Shown here in pieces: positions 1 through 12,000 of a DNA stretch of 64,000 nucleotides (within the stretch, counting starts at the first letter, position 1; each line of letters begins with the position of its first letter). The stretch covers positions 348,564,001 to 348,628,000 of the forward strand of contig OZ024742.1 in assembly GCA_964016885.1 (NCBI GenBank), in the 5' to 3' direction. This DNA comes from Eledone cirrhosa. Lineage: Eukaryota. The notes under the pieces are model-generated. The model was given only the letters and a program-made list of their open reading frames with translations. It searched no databases and was not told where the DNA came from. The translations under genes and the position numbers were made by a program.

Positions 1-3000
1 ACTCAGATGTAGTTGAACAGTTAAGGTGTTCTATTCAGGTGTAGTTGGACAGTTAAGGTGTTCTACTCAGGTGTAGTTGGACAGTTAAGGTGTTCTACTC
101 AGGCGTAGTTGGACAGTTAAGGTGTTCTACTGATATGTGGTTGGTTAGTTAAGGTGTTCTACTCAGGTGAAGTTGGACATTTAAGGTGTTCTATTCAGGT
201 GTAGTTGGACAGTTAAGGTGTTCTATTCAGGTGTGGTTGAACAGTTAAGGTGTTCTATTCAGGTGTGGTTGGACAGTTAAAGTGGTCTACTCAGGTGTGG
301 TTGGTTAGTTAAGGTGTTCTACTCAGGTGTAGTTGATCAGTTAAGGTGTTCTATTCAGGTGTAGTTGGACAGTTAAGGTGGTCTACTCAGGTGTAGTTGG
401 ACAGTTAAGGTGTTCTACTGATGTGTGGTTGGTTAGTTAAGGTGTTCTACTCAGGTGTAGTTGAACAGTTAAGGTGTTCTACTCAGCTGTGGTTGGACAG
501 TTAAGGTGTTCTACTGATGTGTGGTTGGTTAGTTAAGGTGTTCTACTCAGGTGTAGTTGGACAGTTAAGGTGTTCTACTCAGGTGTGGTTGGACAGTTAA
601 CGTGTTCTACTGATGTGTGTTTGGTTAGTTAAGTTGTTCTACTCAGGTGTGGTTGAACAGTTGAGCTGTTCTACTCAGGTGTGGCTGGACAGCTAAGGTG
701 TTCTACTCAGGTGTGGTTGGACAGTTAAGGTGTTCTACTGATGTGTGTTTGGTTAGTTAAGGTGTTCTACTCAGGTGTGGTTGAACAGTTGAGTTGTTCT
801 ACTCAGGTGTGGCTGGACAGCTAAGGTGTTCTACTCAAGTGTAGTTGGACATTTAAGGTGTTCTACTCAGGTGTAGTTGAACAGTTAAGGTGTTCTATTC
901 AGGTGTAGTTGAACAGTTAAGGTGTTCTATTCAGGTGTGGTTGGTTAGTTAAGGTGGTCTACTCAGGTGTAGATGGATAGTTAAGGTGTTCTACTCAGGT
1001 GTAGATGGACAGTTAAGGTGTTCTACTCAGGTCTAGTTGGACAGTTAAGGTGTTCTACTCAGGTGTGATTGAACAGTTAAGGTGTTCTACTCAGGTGTGG
1101 GTGGACAGCTAATGTGTTCTACGCAGGTGTGATTGGACAGTTAAGGTGTTCTACTCAGGTGTGGTTGGACAGCTAAGGTGTTCTACTCAGGTGTAGATGG
1201 ACAGTTAAGGTGTTCTACTCAAGTGTGGTTGGACAGGTAAGGTGTTCTACTCAGGTGTAGGTGGACAGTTAAGGTGTTCTACTGATGTGTGGTTGGTTAG
1301 TTAAGGTGTTCTACTCAGGTGTAGTTGGACATTTAAGATGTTCTACGCAGGTGTAGTTGGACAGTTAATGTGTTCTCCTCATGTGTGATTGGACAGTTAA
1401 GGTGTTCTACTGATGTGTGGTTGGTTAGTTAAGGTGTTCTACGCAGGTGTAGTTGGACAGTTAAAGTGTTCTACTCAGATGTGGTTGGACAGTTAAGATG
1501 TTCTACTGATGTGTGGTTGGTTAGTTAAGGTGTTCTACTCAGGTGCAGTTGAACAGTTAAGGTGTTCTACTCAGCTGTGGTTGGACAGTTAAGGTGTTCT
1601 ACTCAGGTGTGGTTGGACAGTTAACGTGTTCTACTCAGGTGTAGTTGGACAGTTAAGGTGTTCTCCTGATGTGTGGTTGGTTAGTTAAGGTGTTCTACGC
1701 AGGTGTAGTTGGACAGTTAAAGTGTTCTACTCAGATGTGGTTGGACAGTTAAGATGTTCTACTGATGTGTGGTTGGTTAGTTAAGGTGTTCTACGCAGGT
1801 GTAGTTGGACAGTTAAAGTGTTCTACTCAGATGTGGTTGGACAGTTAAGATGTTCTACTGATGTGTGGTTGGTTAGTTAAGGTGTTCTACTCAGGTGTAG
1901 ATGGACAGTTAAGGTGTTCTATTCAGGTGTAGTTGGACAGTTAAGGTGTTCTACTCAGGTGTAGTTGGACAGTTAAGGTGTTCTACTCAGGTGTGATTGG
2001 ACAGTTAAGGTGTTCTACTCAGGTGTAGTTGGACAGTTAAGGTGTTCTCCTGATGTGTGGTTGGTTAGTTAAGGTGTTCTACGCAGGTGTAGTTGGACAG
2101 TTAAAGTGTTCTACTCAGATGTGGTTGGACAGTTAAGATGTTCTACTGATGTGTGGTTGGTTAGTTAAGGTGTTCTACTCAGGTGCAGTTGAACAGTTAA
2201 GGTGTTCTACTCAGCTGTGGTTGGACAGTTAAGGTGTTCTACTCAGGTGTGGTTGGACAGTTAAGGTGTTCTACTCAGGTGTAGTTGGAAAGTTAAGGTG
2301 TTCTCCTGATGTGTGGTTGGTTAGTTAAGGTGTTCTACGCAGGTGTAGTTGGACAGTTAAAGTGTTCTACTCAGATGTGGTTGGACAGTTAAGATGTTCT
2401 ACTGATGTGTGGTTGGTTAGTTAAGGTGTTCTACTCAGGTGTAGTTGAACAGTTAAGGTGTTCTACTCAGCTGTGGTTGGACAGTTAAGGTGTTCTACTG
2501 ATGTGTGGTTGAACAGTTAAGGTGGTCTACTCAGGTGTAGTTGGACATTTAAGGTGTTCTATTCAGGTGTAGTTGGACAGTTAAGGTGTTCTACTGATGT
2601 GTGGTTGGTTAGTTAAGGTGTTCTAATCAGGTGTGGTTGGACAGTTAAGGTGTTCTACTCATGTGTAGTTGAACAGTTAAGGTGTTCTATTCAGGTGTGG
2701 TTGGTTAGTTAAGGTGTTCTATTCAGGTGTGGTTGGTTAGTTAAGGTGGTCTACTCAGGTGTAGATGGACAGTTTAGGTGTTCTACTCAGGTGTGGTTGG
2801 TTATATAAGGTGGTCTACTCAGGTGTTAGATGGACAGTTAACGTGTTCTACTGATGTCTGGTTGGTTAGTTAAGGTGTTCTACTCAGGTGTAGTTGAACA
2901 GTTAAGGTGTTCTACTCAGCTGTGGTTGGACAATTAAGGTGTTCTACTGATGTGTGGTTGGTTAGTTAAGGTGTTCTACTCAGGTGTAGTTGAACAGTTA

Positions 3001-6000
3001 AGGTGTTCTATTCAGGTGTAGTTGGACACTTAAGGTGTTCTACTCAGGTGTAGTTGGACAGTTAAGGTGTTCTACTCAGGTGTAGTTGAACAGTTAAGGT
3101 GTTCTATTCAGGTGTAGTTGGACAGTTAAGGTGTTCTACTCAGGTGTGGTTGAACAGTTAAGGTGTTCTACTGAGGTGTAGTTGGACAGTTAAGGTGTTC
3201 TATTCAGGTGTTGTTGAACAGTTAAGGTGTTCTACTGATGTGTGGTTGGACAGTTAAGGTGTTCTACTCAGGTGTAGTTGAACAGTTAAGGTGTTCTACT
3301 CAGGTGTGTTTGGACAGTTAAGGTGTTCTATTCAGGTGTGGTTGAACAGTTAAGGTGTTCTACTGATGTGTGGTTGGACAGTTAAGATGTCCTACTCAGG
3401 TGTAGTTGGACAGTTAAGGTGTTCTACTCAGGTGTAGTTGAACAGTTAAGGTGTTCTATTCAGGTGTAGTTGAACAGTTAAGGTGTTCTATTCAGGTGTG
3501 GTTGAACAGTTAAAGTGTTCTACTGGTGTGTGGTTGGTTAGTTAAGGTGTTCTACTCATGTGTAGTTGAACAGTTAAGGTATTCTACTCAGGTGTAGTTG
3601 GACAGTTAATATGTTCTACTCAGGTGTAGTTGAACAGTTAAGGTGTTCTACTCAGGTGTAGTTGGACAGTTAAGATGTTCTACTCATGTGTAGTTGAACA
3701 GTTAAGGTGTTCTACTCAGGTGTAGTTGGACAGTTAAGGTGTTCTATTCAGGTGTAGTTGGACAGTTAAGGTGTTCTACTCAGGTGTAGTTGGACAGTTA
3801 AGGTGTTCTACTCAGGCGTGGTTGGACAGTTAAGATGTTCTACTGATATGTGGTTGGTTAGTTGAGGTGTTCTACTCAGGTGTAGTTGAACAGTTAAGGT
3901 ATTCTACTCAGGTGTAGTTGGACAGTTAAGATGTTCTACTGAGGTGTAGTTGAACAGTTAAGGTGTTCTACTCAGGTGTAGTTGGACAGTTAAGGTGTTC
4001 TACTCAGGTGTAGTTGATCAGTTAAGGTGTTCAATTCAGGTGTAGTTGGACAGTTAAGGTGGTCTTCTCAGGTGTAGTTGGACAGTTAAGGTGTTCTACT
4101 GATGTGTGGTTGGTTAGTTAAGGTGTTCTACTCAGGTGTAGTTGAACAGTTAAGGTGTTCTACTCAGGTGTGGTTGGACAGTTAAGGTGTTCTACTGATG
4201 TGTGTTTGGTTAGTTAAGGTGTTCTACTCAGGTGTGGTTGAACAGTTGAGTTGTTCTACTCAGGTGTGGCTGGACAGCTAAGGTGTTCTACTCAAGTGTA
4301 GTTGGACATTTAAGGTGTTCTACTCAGGTGTAGTTGAACAGTTAAGGTGTTCTATTCAGGTGTAGTTGAACAGTTAAAGTGTTCTATTCAGGTGCGGTTG
4401 GTTAGTTAAGGTGGTCTACTCAGGTGTAGATGGATAGTTAAGGTGTTCTACTCAGGTGTAGATGGACAGTTAAGGTGTTCTACTCAAGTCTAGTTGGACA
4501 GTTAAGGTGTTCTACTCAGGTGTGGTTGAACAGATAAGGTGTTCTACTCAGGTGTGGGGGGACAGCTAAGGTGTTCTACGCAGGTGTGGTTGGACAGTTA
4601 AGGTGTTCTACTCAGGTGTGGTTGGACAGCTAAGGTGTTCAACTCAGGTGTAGTTGGACAGGTAAGGTGTTCTACTCAGGTGTGGTTGAACAGTTAATGT
4701 GTTCTACTGAGGTGTAGTTGGACAGTTAAGGTGTTCTATTCAGGTGTTGTTGAACAGTTAAGGTGTTCTACTGATGTGTGTGGTTGGACAGTTAAGGTGT
4801 TCTACTCAGGTGTAGTTGAACAGTTAAGGTGTTCTACTCAGGTGTGTTTGGACAGTTAAGGTGTTCTATTCAGGTGTGGTTGAACAGTTAAGGTGTTCTA
4901 CTGATGTGTGGTTGGACAGTTAAGATGTCCTACTCAGATGTAGTTGAACAGTTAAAGTGTTCTATTCAGGTGTGGTTGAACAGTTAAAGTGTTCTACTCA
5001 GGTGTAGTTGGACAGTTAAGGTGTTCTACTCAGGTGTAGTTGGACAGTTAAGGTGTTCTACTGGTGTGTGGTTGGTTAGTTAAGGTGTTCTACTCATGTG
5101 TAGTTGGACATTTAAGGTTTTCTATTCAGGTGTAGTTTGACATGTTAAGGTATTCTACTCAGGTGTGGTTGGACAGTTAAGGTGTTCTACTGATATGTGG
5201 TTGGACAGTTAAGGTGTTCTACTGATATGTGGTTGGTTAGTTAAGATGTTCTACTCAGGTGAAGTTGAACAGTTAAGGTGTTCTATTCAGGTGTAGTTGG
5301 ACAGTTAAGGTGTTCTACTCAGGTGTGGTTGAACAGTTAATGTGTTCTACTGAGGTGTAGTTGGACAGTTAAGGTGTTCTATTCAGGTGTTGTTGAACAG
5401 TTAAGGTGTTCTACTGATGTGTGGTTGGACAGTTAAGGTGTTCTACTGATGTGTGATTGGTTAGTTAAGGTGTTCTACTCAGGTGTGTTTGGACAGTTAA
5501 GGTGTTCTATTCAGGTGTGGTTGAACAGTTAAGGTGTTCTACTGATGTGTGGTTGGACAGTTAAGATGTCCTACTCAGATGTAGTTGAACAGTTAAGGTG
5601 TTCTATTCAGGTGTGGTTGAACAGTTAAAGTGTTCTACTCAGGTGTAGTTGGACAGTTAAGGTGTTCTACTCAGGTGTAGTTGGACAGTTAAGGTGTTCT
5701 ACTGGTGTGTGGTTGGTTAGTTAAGGTGTTCTACTCATGTGTAGTTGGACATTTAAGGTGTTCTATTCAGGTGTAGTTGGACAGTTAAGGTGTTCTACTC
5801 AGGTGTGGTTGAACAGTTAAGGTATTCTACTCAGGTGTAGTTGGACAGCTAAGGTGTTCTACTCAGGTGTGGTTGGACAGTTAAGGTGTTCTACTCAGGT
5901 GTGGTTGAACAGTTAAGGTATTCTACTCAGGTGTAGTTGGACAGTTAAGGTGTTCTATTCAGGTGGGGTTGAACAGTTAAGGTGTTCTACTCAGGTGTGG

Positions 6001-9000
6001 TTGGACAGTTAAGATGTTCTACTCAGATGTAGTTGAACAGTTAAGGTGTTCTATTCAGGTGTAGTTGGACAGTTAAGGTGTTCTACTCAGGTGTAGTTGG
6101 ACAGTTAAGGTGTTCTACTCAGGCGTAGTTGGACAGTTAAGGTGTTCTACTGATATGTGGTTGGTTAGTTAAGGTGTTCTACTCAGGTGAAGTTGGACAT
6201 TTAAGGTGTTCTATTCAGGTGTAGTTGGACAGTTAAGGTGTTCTATTCAGGTGTGGTTGAACAGTTAAGGTGTTCTATTCAGGTGTGGTTGGACAGTTAA
6301 AGTGGTCTACTCAGGTGTGGTTGGTTAGTTAAGGTGTTCTACTCAGGTGTAGTTGATCAGTTAAGGTGTTCTATTCAGGTGTAGTTGGACAGTTAAGGTG
6401 GTCTACTCAGGTGTAGTTGGACAGTTAAGGTGTTCTACTGATGTGTGGTTGGTTAGTTAAGGTGTTCTACTCAGGTGTAGTTGAACAGTTAAGGTGTTCT
6501 ACTCAGCTGTGGTTGGACAGTTAAGGTGTTCTACTGATGTGTGGTTGGTTAGTTAAGGTGTTCTACTCAGGTGTAGTTGGACAGTTAAGGTGTTCTACTC
6601 AGGTGAGGTTGGACAGTTAACGTGTTCTACTGATGTGTGTTTGGTTAGTTAAGGTGTTCTACTCAGGTGTGGTTGAACAGTTGAGCTGTTCTACTCAGGT
6701 GTGGCTGGACAGCTAAGGTGTTCTACTCAGGTGTGGTTGGACAGTTAATGTGTTCTACTGATGTGTGTTTGGTTAGTTAAGGTGTTCTACTCAGGTGTGG
6801 TTGAACAGTTGAGTTGTTCTACTCAGGTGTGGCTGGACAGCTAAGGTGTTCTACTCAAGTGTAGTTGGACATTTAAGGTGTTCTACTCAGGTGTAGTTGA
6901 ACAGTTAAGGTGTTCTATTCAGGTGTAGTTGAACAGTTAAGGTGTTCTATTCAGGTGTGGTTGGTTAGTTAAGGTGGTCTACTCAGGTGTAGATGGATAG
7001 TTAAGGTGTTCTACTCAGGTGTAGATGGACAGTTAAGGTGTTCTACTCAGGTCTAGTTGGACAGTTAAGGTGTTCTACTCAGGTGTGATTGAACAGTTAA
7101 GGTGTTCTACTCAGGTGTGGGTGGACAGCTAAGGTGTTCTACGCAGGTGTGATTGGACAGTTAAGGTGTTCTACTCAGGTGTGGTTGGACAGCTAAGGTG
7201 TTCTACTCAGGTGTAGATGGACAGTTAAGGTGTTCTACTCAGGTGTGGTTGGACAGGTAAGGTGTTCTACTCAGGTGTAGGTGGACAGTTAAGGTGTTCT
7301 ACTGATGTGTGGTTGGTTAGTTAAGGTGTTCTACTCAGGTGTAGTTGGACATTTAAGATGTTCTACGCAGGTGTAGTTGGACAGTTAATGTGTTCTCCTC
7401 ATGTGTGATTGGACAGTTAAGGTGTTCTACTGATGTGTGGTTGGTTAGTTAAGGTGTTCTATTCAGGTGTAGTTGGACAGTTAAGGTGTTCTACTCAGGT
7501 GTAGTTGGACAGTTAAGGTGTTCTACTCAGGTGTAGTTGGACAGTTAAGGTGTTCTACTCAGGTGTGATTGGACAGTTAAGGTGTTCTACTCAGGTGTAG
7601 TTGGACAGTTAAGGTGTTCTCCTGATGTGTGGTTGGTTAGTTAAGGTGTTCTACGCAGGTGTAGTTGGACAGTTAAAGTGTTCTACTCAGATGTGGTTGG
7701 ACAGTTAAGATGTTCTACTGATGTGTGGTTGGTTAGTTAAGGTGTTCTACTCAGGTGCAGTTGAACAGTTAAGGTGTTCTACTCAGCTGTGGTTGGACAG
7801 TTAAGGTGTTCTACTCAGGTGTGGTTGGACAGTTAAGGTGTTCTACTCAGGTGTAGTTGGACAGTTAAGGTGTTCTCCTGATGTGTGGTTGGTTAGTTAA
7901 GGTGTTCTACGCAGGTGTAGTTGGACAGTTAAAGTGTTCTACTCAGATGTGGTTGGACAGTTAAGATGTTCTACTGATGTGTGGTTGGTTAGTTAAGGTG
8001 TTCTACTCAGGTGTAGTTGAACAGTTAAGGTGTTCTACTCAGCTGTGGTTGGACAGTTAAGGTGTTCCACTGATGTGTGGTTGAACAGTTAAGGTGGTCT
8101 ACTCAGGTGTAGTTGGACATTTAAGGTGTTCTATTCAGGTGTAGTTGGACAGTTAAGGTGTTCTACTGATGTGTGGTTGGTTAGTTAAGGTGTTCTAATC
8201 AGGTGTGGTTGGACAGTTAAGGTGTTCTAATCATGTGTAGTTGAACAGTTAAGGTGTTCTATTCAGGTGTGGTTGGTTAGTTAAGGTGTTCTATTCAGGT
8301 GTGGTTGGTTAGTTAAGGTGGTCTACTCAGGTGTAGATGGACAGTTTAGGTGTTCTACTCAGGTGTGGTTGGTTATATAAGGTGGTCTACTCAGGTGTTA
8401 GATGGACAGTTAACGTGTTCTACTGATGTCTGGTTGGTTAGTTAAGGTGTTCTACTCAGGTGTAGTTGAACAGTTAAGGTGTTCTACTCAGCTGTGGTTG
8501 GACAATTAAGGTGTTCTACTGATGTGTGGTTAGTTAGTTAAGGTGTTCTACTCAGGTGTAGTTGGACAGTTAAGGTGTTCTACTCAGGTGTGGTTGGACA
8601 GTTAAGATGTTCTACTGATGTGTGGTTGGTTAGTTAATGTGTTCTACTCAGGTGTGGTTGGACAGTTAAGGTGTTCTACTCAGGTGTGGTTGGACAGCTA
8701 AGGTGTTCTATTCTGGTGTAGTTGGACAGTTAAGGTGTTCTATGCAGGTGTAGTTGGACAGTTAAGGTGTTCTACTCAGGTGTAGTTGGACAGTTAACGT
8801 GTTCTCCTGATGTGTGGTTGGTTAGTTAAGGTGTTCTACTCAGGTGTAGTTGGACAGTTAAAGTGTACTACTCAGCTGTGGTTGGACAGTTAAGATGTTC
8901 TACTGATGTGTGGTTGGTTAGTTAAGGTGTTCTACTCAGGTGTAGTTGGAGAGTTAAGGTGTTCTACTCAGGTCTGGTTGGACAGTTAAGGTGTTCTACT

Positions 9001-12000
9001 GATGTGTGGTTGGTTAGTTAAGGTGTTCTACTCAGGTGTGGTTGAACAGTTAAGGTGTTCTACTCAGGTGTGGTTGGACAGTTAAGGTGTTCTACTGATG
9101 TGTGGTTGGTTAGTTAAGGTGTTCTACTCAGGTGTGGTTGAACAGTTAAGGTGTTCTACTCAGGTGTGGTTGGACAGCTAATGTGTTCTACTCAGGTGTG
9201 GTTGGACAGCTAAGGTGTTCTACTCAAGTGTAGTTGGACATTTAAGGTGTTCTACTCAGGTGTAGTTGAACAGTTAAGGTGTTCTACTCAGGTATGTTTG
9301 AACAGTTAAGGTGTTCTACTCAGGTGTAGTTGGACAGTTAAGGTGTTCTACTCAGGTGTAGTTGAACAGTTAAGGTGTTCTACTCAGGTGTGTTTGGACA
9401 GTTAAGGTGTTCTATTCAGGTGTGGTTGAACAGTTAAGGTGTTCTACTGATGTGTGGTTGGACAGTTAAGATGTCCTACTCAGATGTAGTTGAACAGTTA
9501 AGGTGTTCTATTCAGGTGTGGTTGAACAGTTAAAGTGTTCTACTCAGGTGTAGTTGGACAGTTTAGGTGTTCTACTCAGGTGTAGTTGGACAGTTAAGGT
9601 GTTCTACTGGTGTGTGGTTGGTTAGTTAATGTGTTCTACTCATGTGTAGTTGGACATTTAAGGTTTTCTATTCAGGTGTAGTTTGACATGTTAAGGTATT
9701 CTACTCAGGTGTGGTTGGACAGTTAAGGTGTTCTACTGATATGTGGTTGGACAGTTAAGGTGTTCTACTGATATGTGGTTGGTTAGTTAAGGTGTTCTAC
9801 TCAGGTGAAGTTGAACATTTAAGGTGTTCTATTCAGGTGTAGTTGGACAGTTAAGGTGTTCTACTCAGGTGTGGTTGAACAGTTAATGTGTTCTACTGAG
9901 GTGTAGTTGGACAGTTAAGGTGTTCTATTCAGGTGTTGTTGAACAGTTAAGGTGTTCTACTGATGTGTGGTTGGACAGTTAAGGTGTTCTACTCAGGTGT
10001 AGTTGAACAGTTAAGGTGTTCTACTCAGGTGTGTTTGGACAGTTAAGGTGTTCTATTCAGGTGTGGTTGAACAGTTAAGGTGTTCTACTGATGTGTGGTT
10101 GGACAGTTAAGATGTCCTACTCAGATGTAGTTGAACAGTTAAGGTGTTCTATTCAGGTGTGGTTGAACAGTTAAAGTGTTCTACTCAGGTGTAGTTGGAC
10201 AGTTAAGGTGTTCTACTCAGGTGTAGTTGGACAGTTAAGGTGTTCTACTGGTGTGTGGTTGGTTAGTTAAGGTGTTCTACTCATGTGTAGTTGGACATTT
10301 AAGGTGTTCTATTCAGGTGTAGTTGGACAGTTAAGGTGTTCTACTCAGGTGTGGTTGAACAGTTAAGGTATTCTACTCAGGTGTAGTTGGACAGTTAAGG
10401 TGTTCTACTCAGGTGTGGTTGGACAGTTAAGGTGTTCTACTCAGGTGTGGTTGAACAGTTAAGGTATTCTACTCAGGTGTAGTTGGACAGTTAAGGTGTT
10501 CTATTCAGGTGGGGTTGAACAGTTAAGGTGTTCTACTCAGGTGTGGTTGGACAGTTAAGATGTTCTACTCAGATGTAGTTGAACAGTTAAGGTGTTCTAT
10601 TCAGGTGTAGTTGGACAGTTAAGGTGTTCTACTCAGGTGTAGTTGGACAGTTAAGGTGTTCTACTCAGGCGTAGTTGGACAGTTAAGGTGTTCTACTGAT
10701 ATGTGGTTGGTTAGTTAAGGTGTTCTACTCAGGTGAAGTTGGACATTTAAGGTGTTCTATTCAGGTGTAGTTGGACAGTTAAGGTGTTCTATTCAGGTGT
10801 GGTTGAACAGTTAAGGTGTTCTATTCAGGTGTGGTTGGACAGTTAAAGTGGTCTACTCAGGTGTGGTTGGTTAGTTAAGGTGTTCTACTCAGGTGTAGTT
10901 GATCAGTTAAGGTGTTCTATTCAGGTGTAGTTGGACAGTTAAGGTGGTCTACTCAGGTGTAGTTGGACAGTTAAGGTGTTCTACCGATATGTGGTTGGTT
11001 AGTTAAGGTGTTCTACTCAGGTGAAGTTGGACATTTAAGGTGTTCTATTCAGGTGTAGTTGGACAGTTAAGGTGTTCTATTCAGGTGTGGTTGAACAGTT
11101 AAGGTGTTCTATTCAGGTATGGTTGGACAGTTAAAGTGGTCTACTCAGGTGTGGTTGGTTAGTTAAGGTGTTCTACTCAGGTGTAGTTGATCAGTTAAGG
11201 TGTTCTATTCAGGTGTAGTTGGACAGTTAAGGTGGTCTACTCAGGTGTAGTTGGACAGTTAAGGTGTTCTACTGATGTGTGGTTGGTTAGTTAAGGTGTT
11301 CTACTCAGGTGTAGTTGAACAGTTAAGGTGTTCTACTCAGCTGTGGTTGGACAGTTAAGGTGTTCTACTGATGTGTGGTTGGTTAGTTAAGGTGTTCCAC
11401 TCAGGTGTAGTTGGACAGTTAAGGTGTTCTACTCAGGTGTAGTTGGACAGTTAACGTGTTCTACTGATGTGTGTTTGGTTAGTTAAGGTGTTCTACTCAG
11501 GTGTGGTTGAACAGTTGAGCTGTTCTACTCAGGTGTGGCTGGACAGCTAAGGTGTTCTACTCAGGTGTGGTTGGACAGTTAATGTGTTCTACTGATGTGT
11601 GTTTGGTTAGTTAAGGTGTTCTACTCAGGTGTGGTTGAACAGTTGAGTTGTTCTACTCAGGAGTGGCTGGACAGCTAAGGTGTTCTACTCAAGTGTAGTT
11701 GGACATTTAAGGTGTTCTACTCAGGTGTAGTTGAACAGTTAAGGTGTTCTATTCAGGTGTAGTTGAACAGTTAAGGTGTTCTATTCAGGTGTGGTTGGTT
11801 AGTTAAGGTGGTCTACTCAGGTGTAGATGGATAGTTAAGGTGTTCTACTCAGGTGTAGATGGACAGTTAAGGTGTTCTACTCAGGTCTAGTTGGACAGTT
11901 AAGGTGTTCTACTCAGGTGTGATTGAACAGTTAAGGTGTTCTACTCAGGTGTGGGTGGACAGCTAAGGTGTTCTACGCAGGTGTGATTGGACAGTTAAGG

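Noticed and set aside
2801-2810. TATA-box-like ttatataagg (also 8373, 12919, 14520)
   Set aside because: It is a two-base variant of the monomer copied with its block, with no promoter context or downstream gene.
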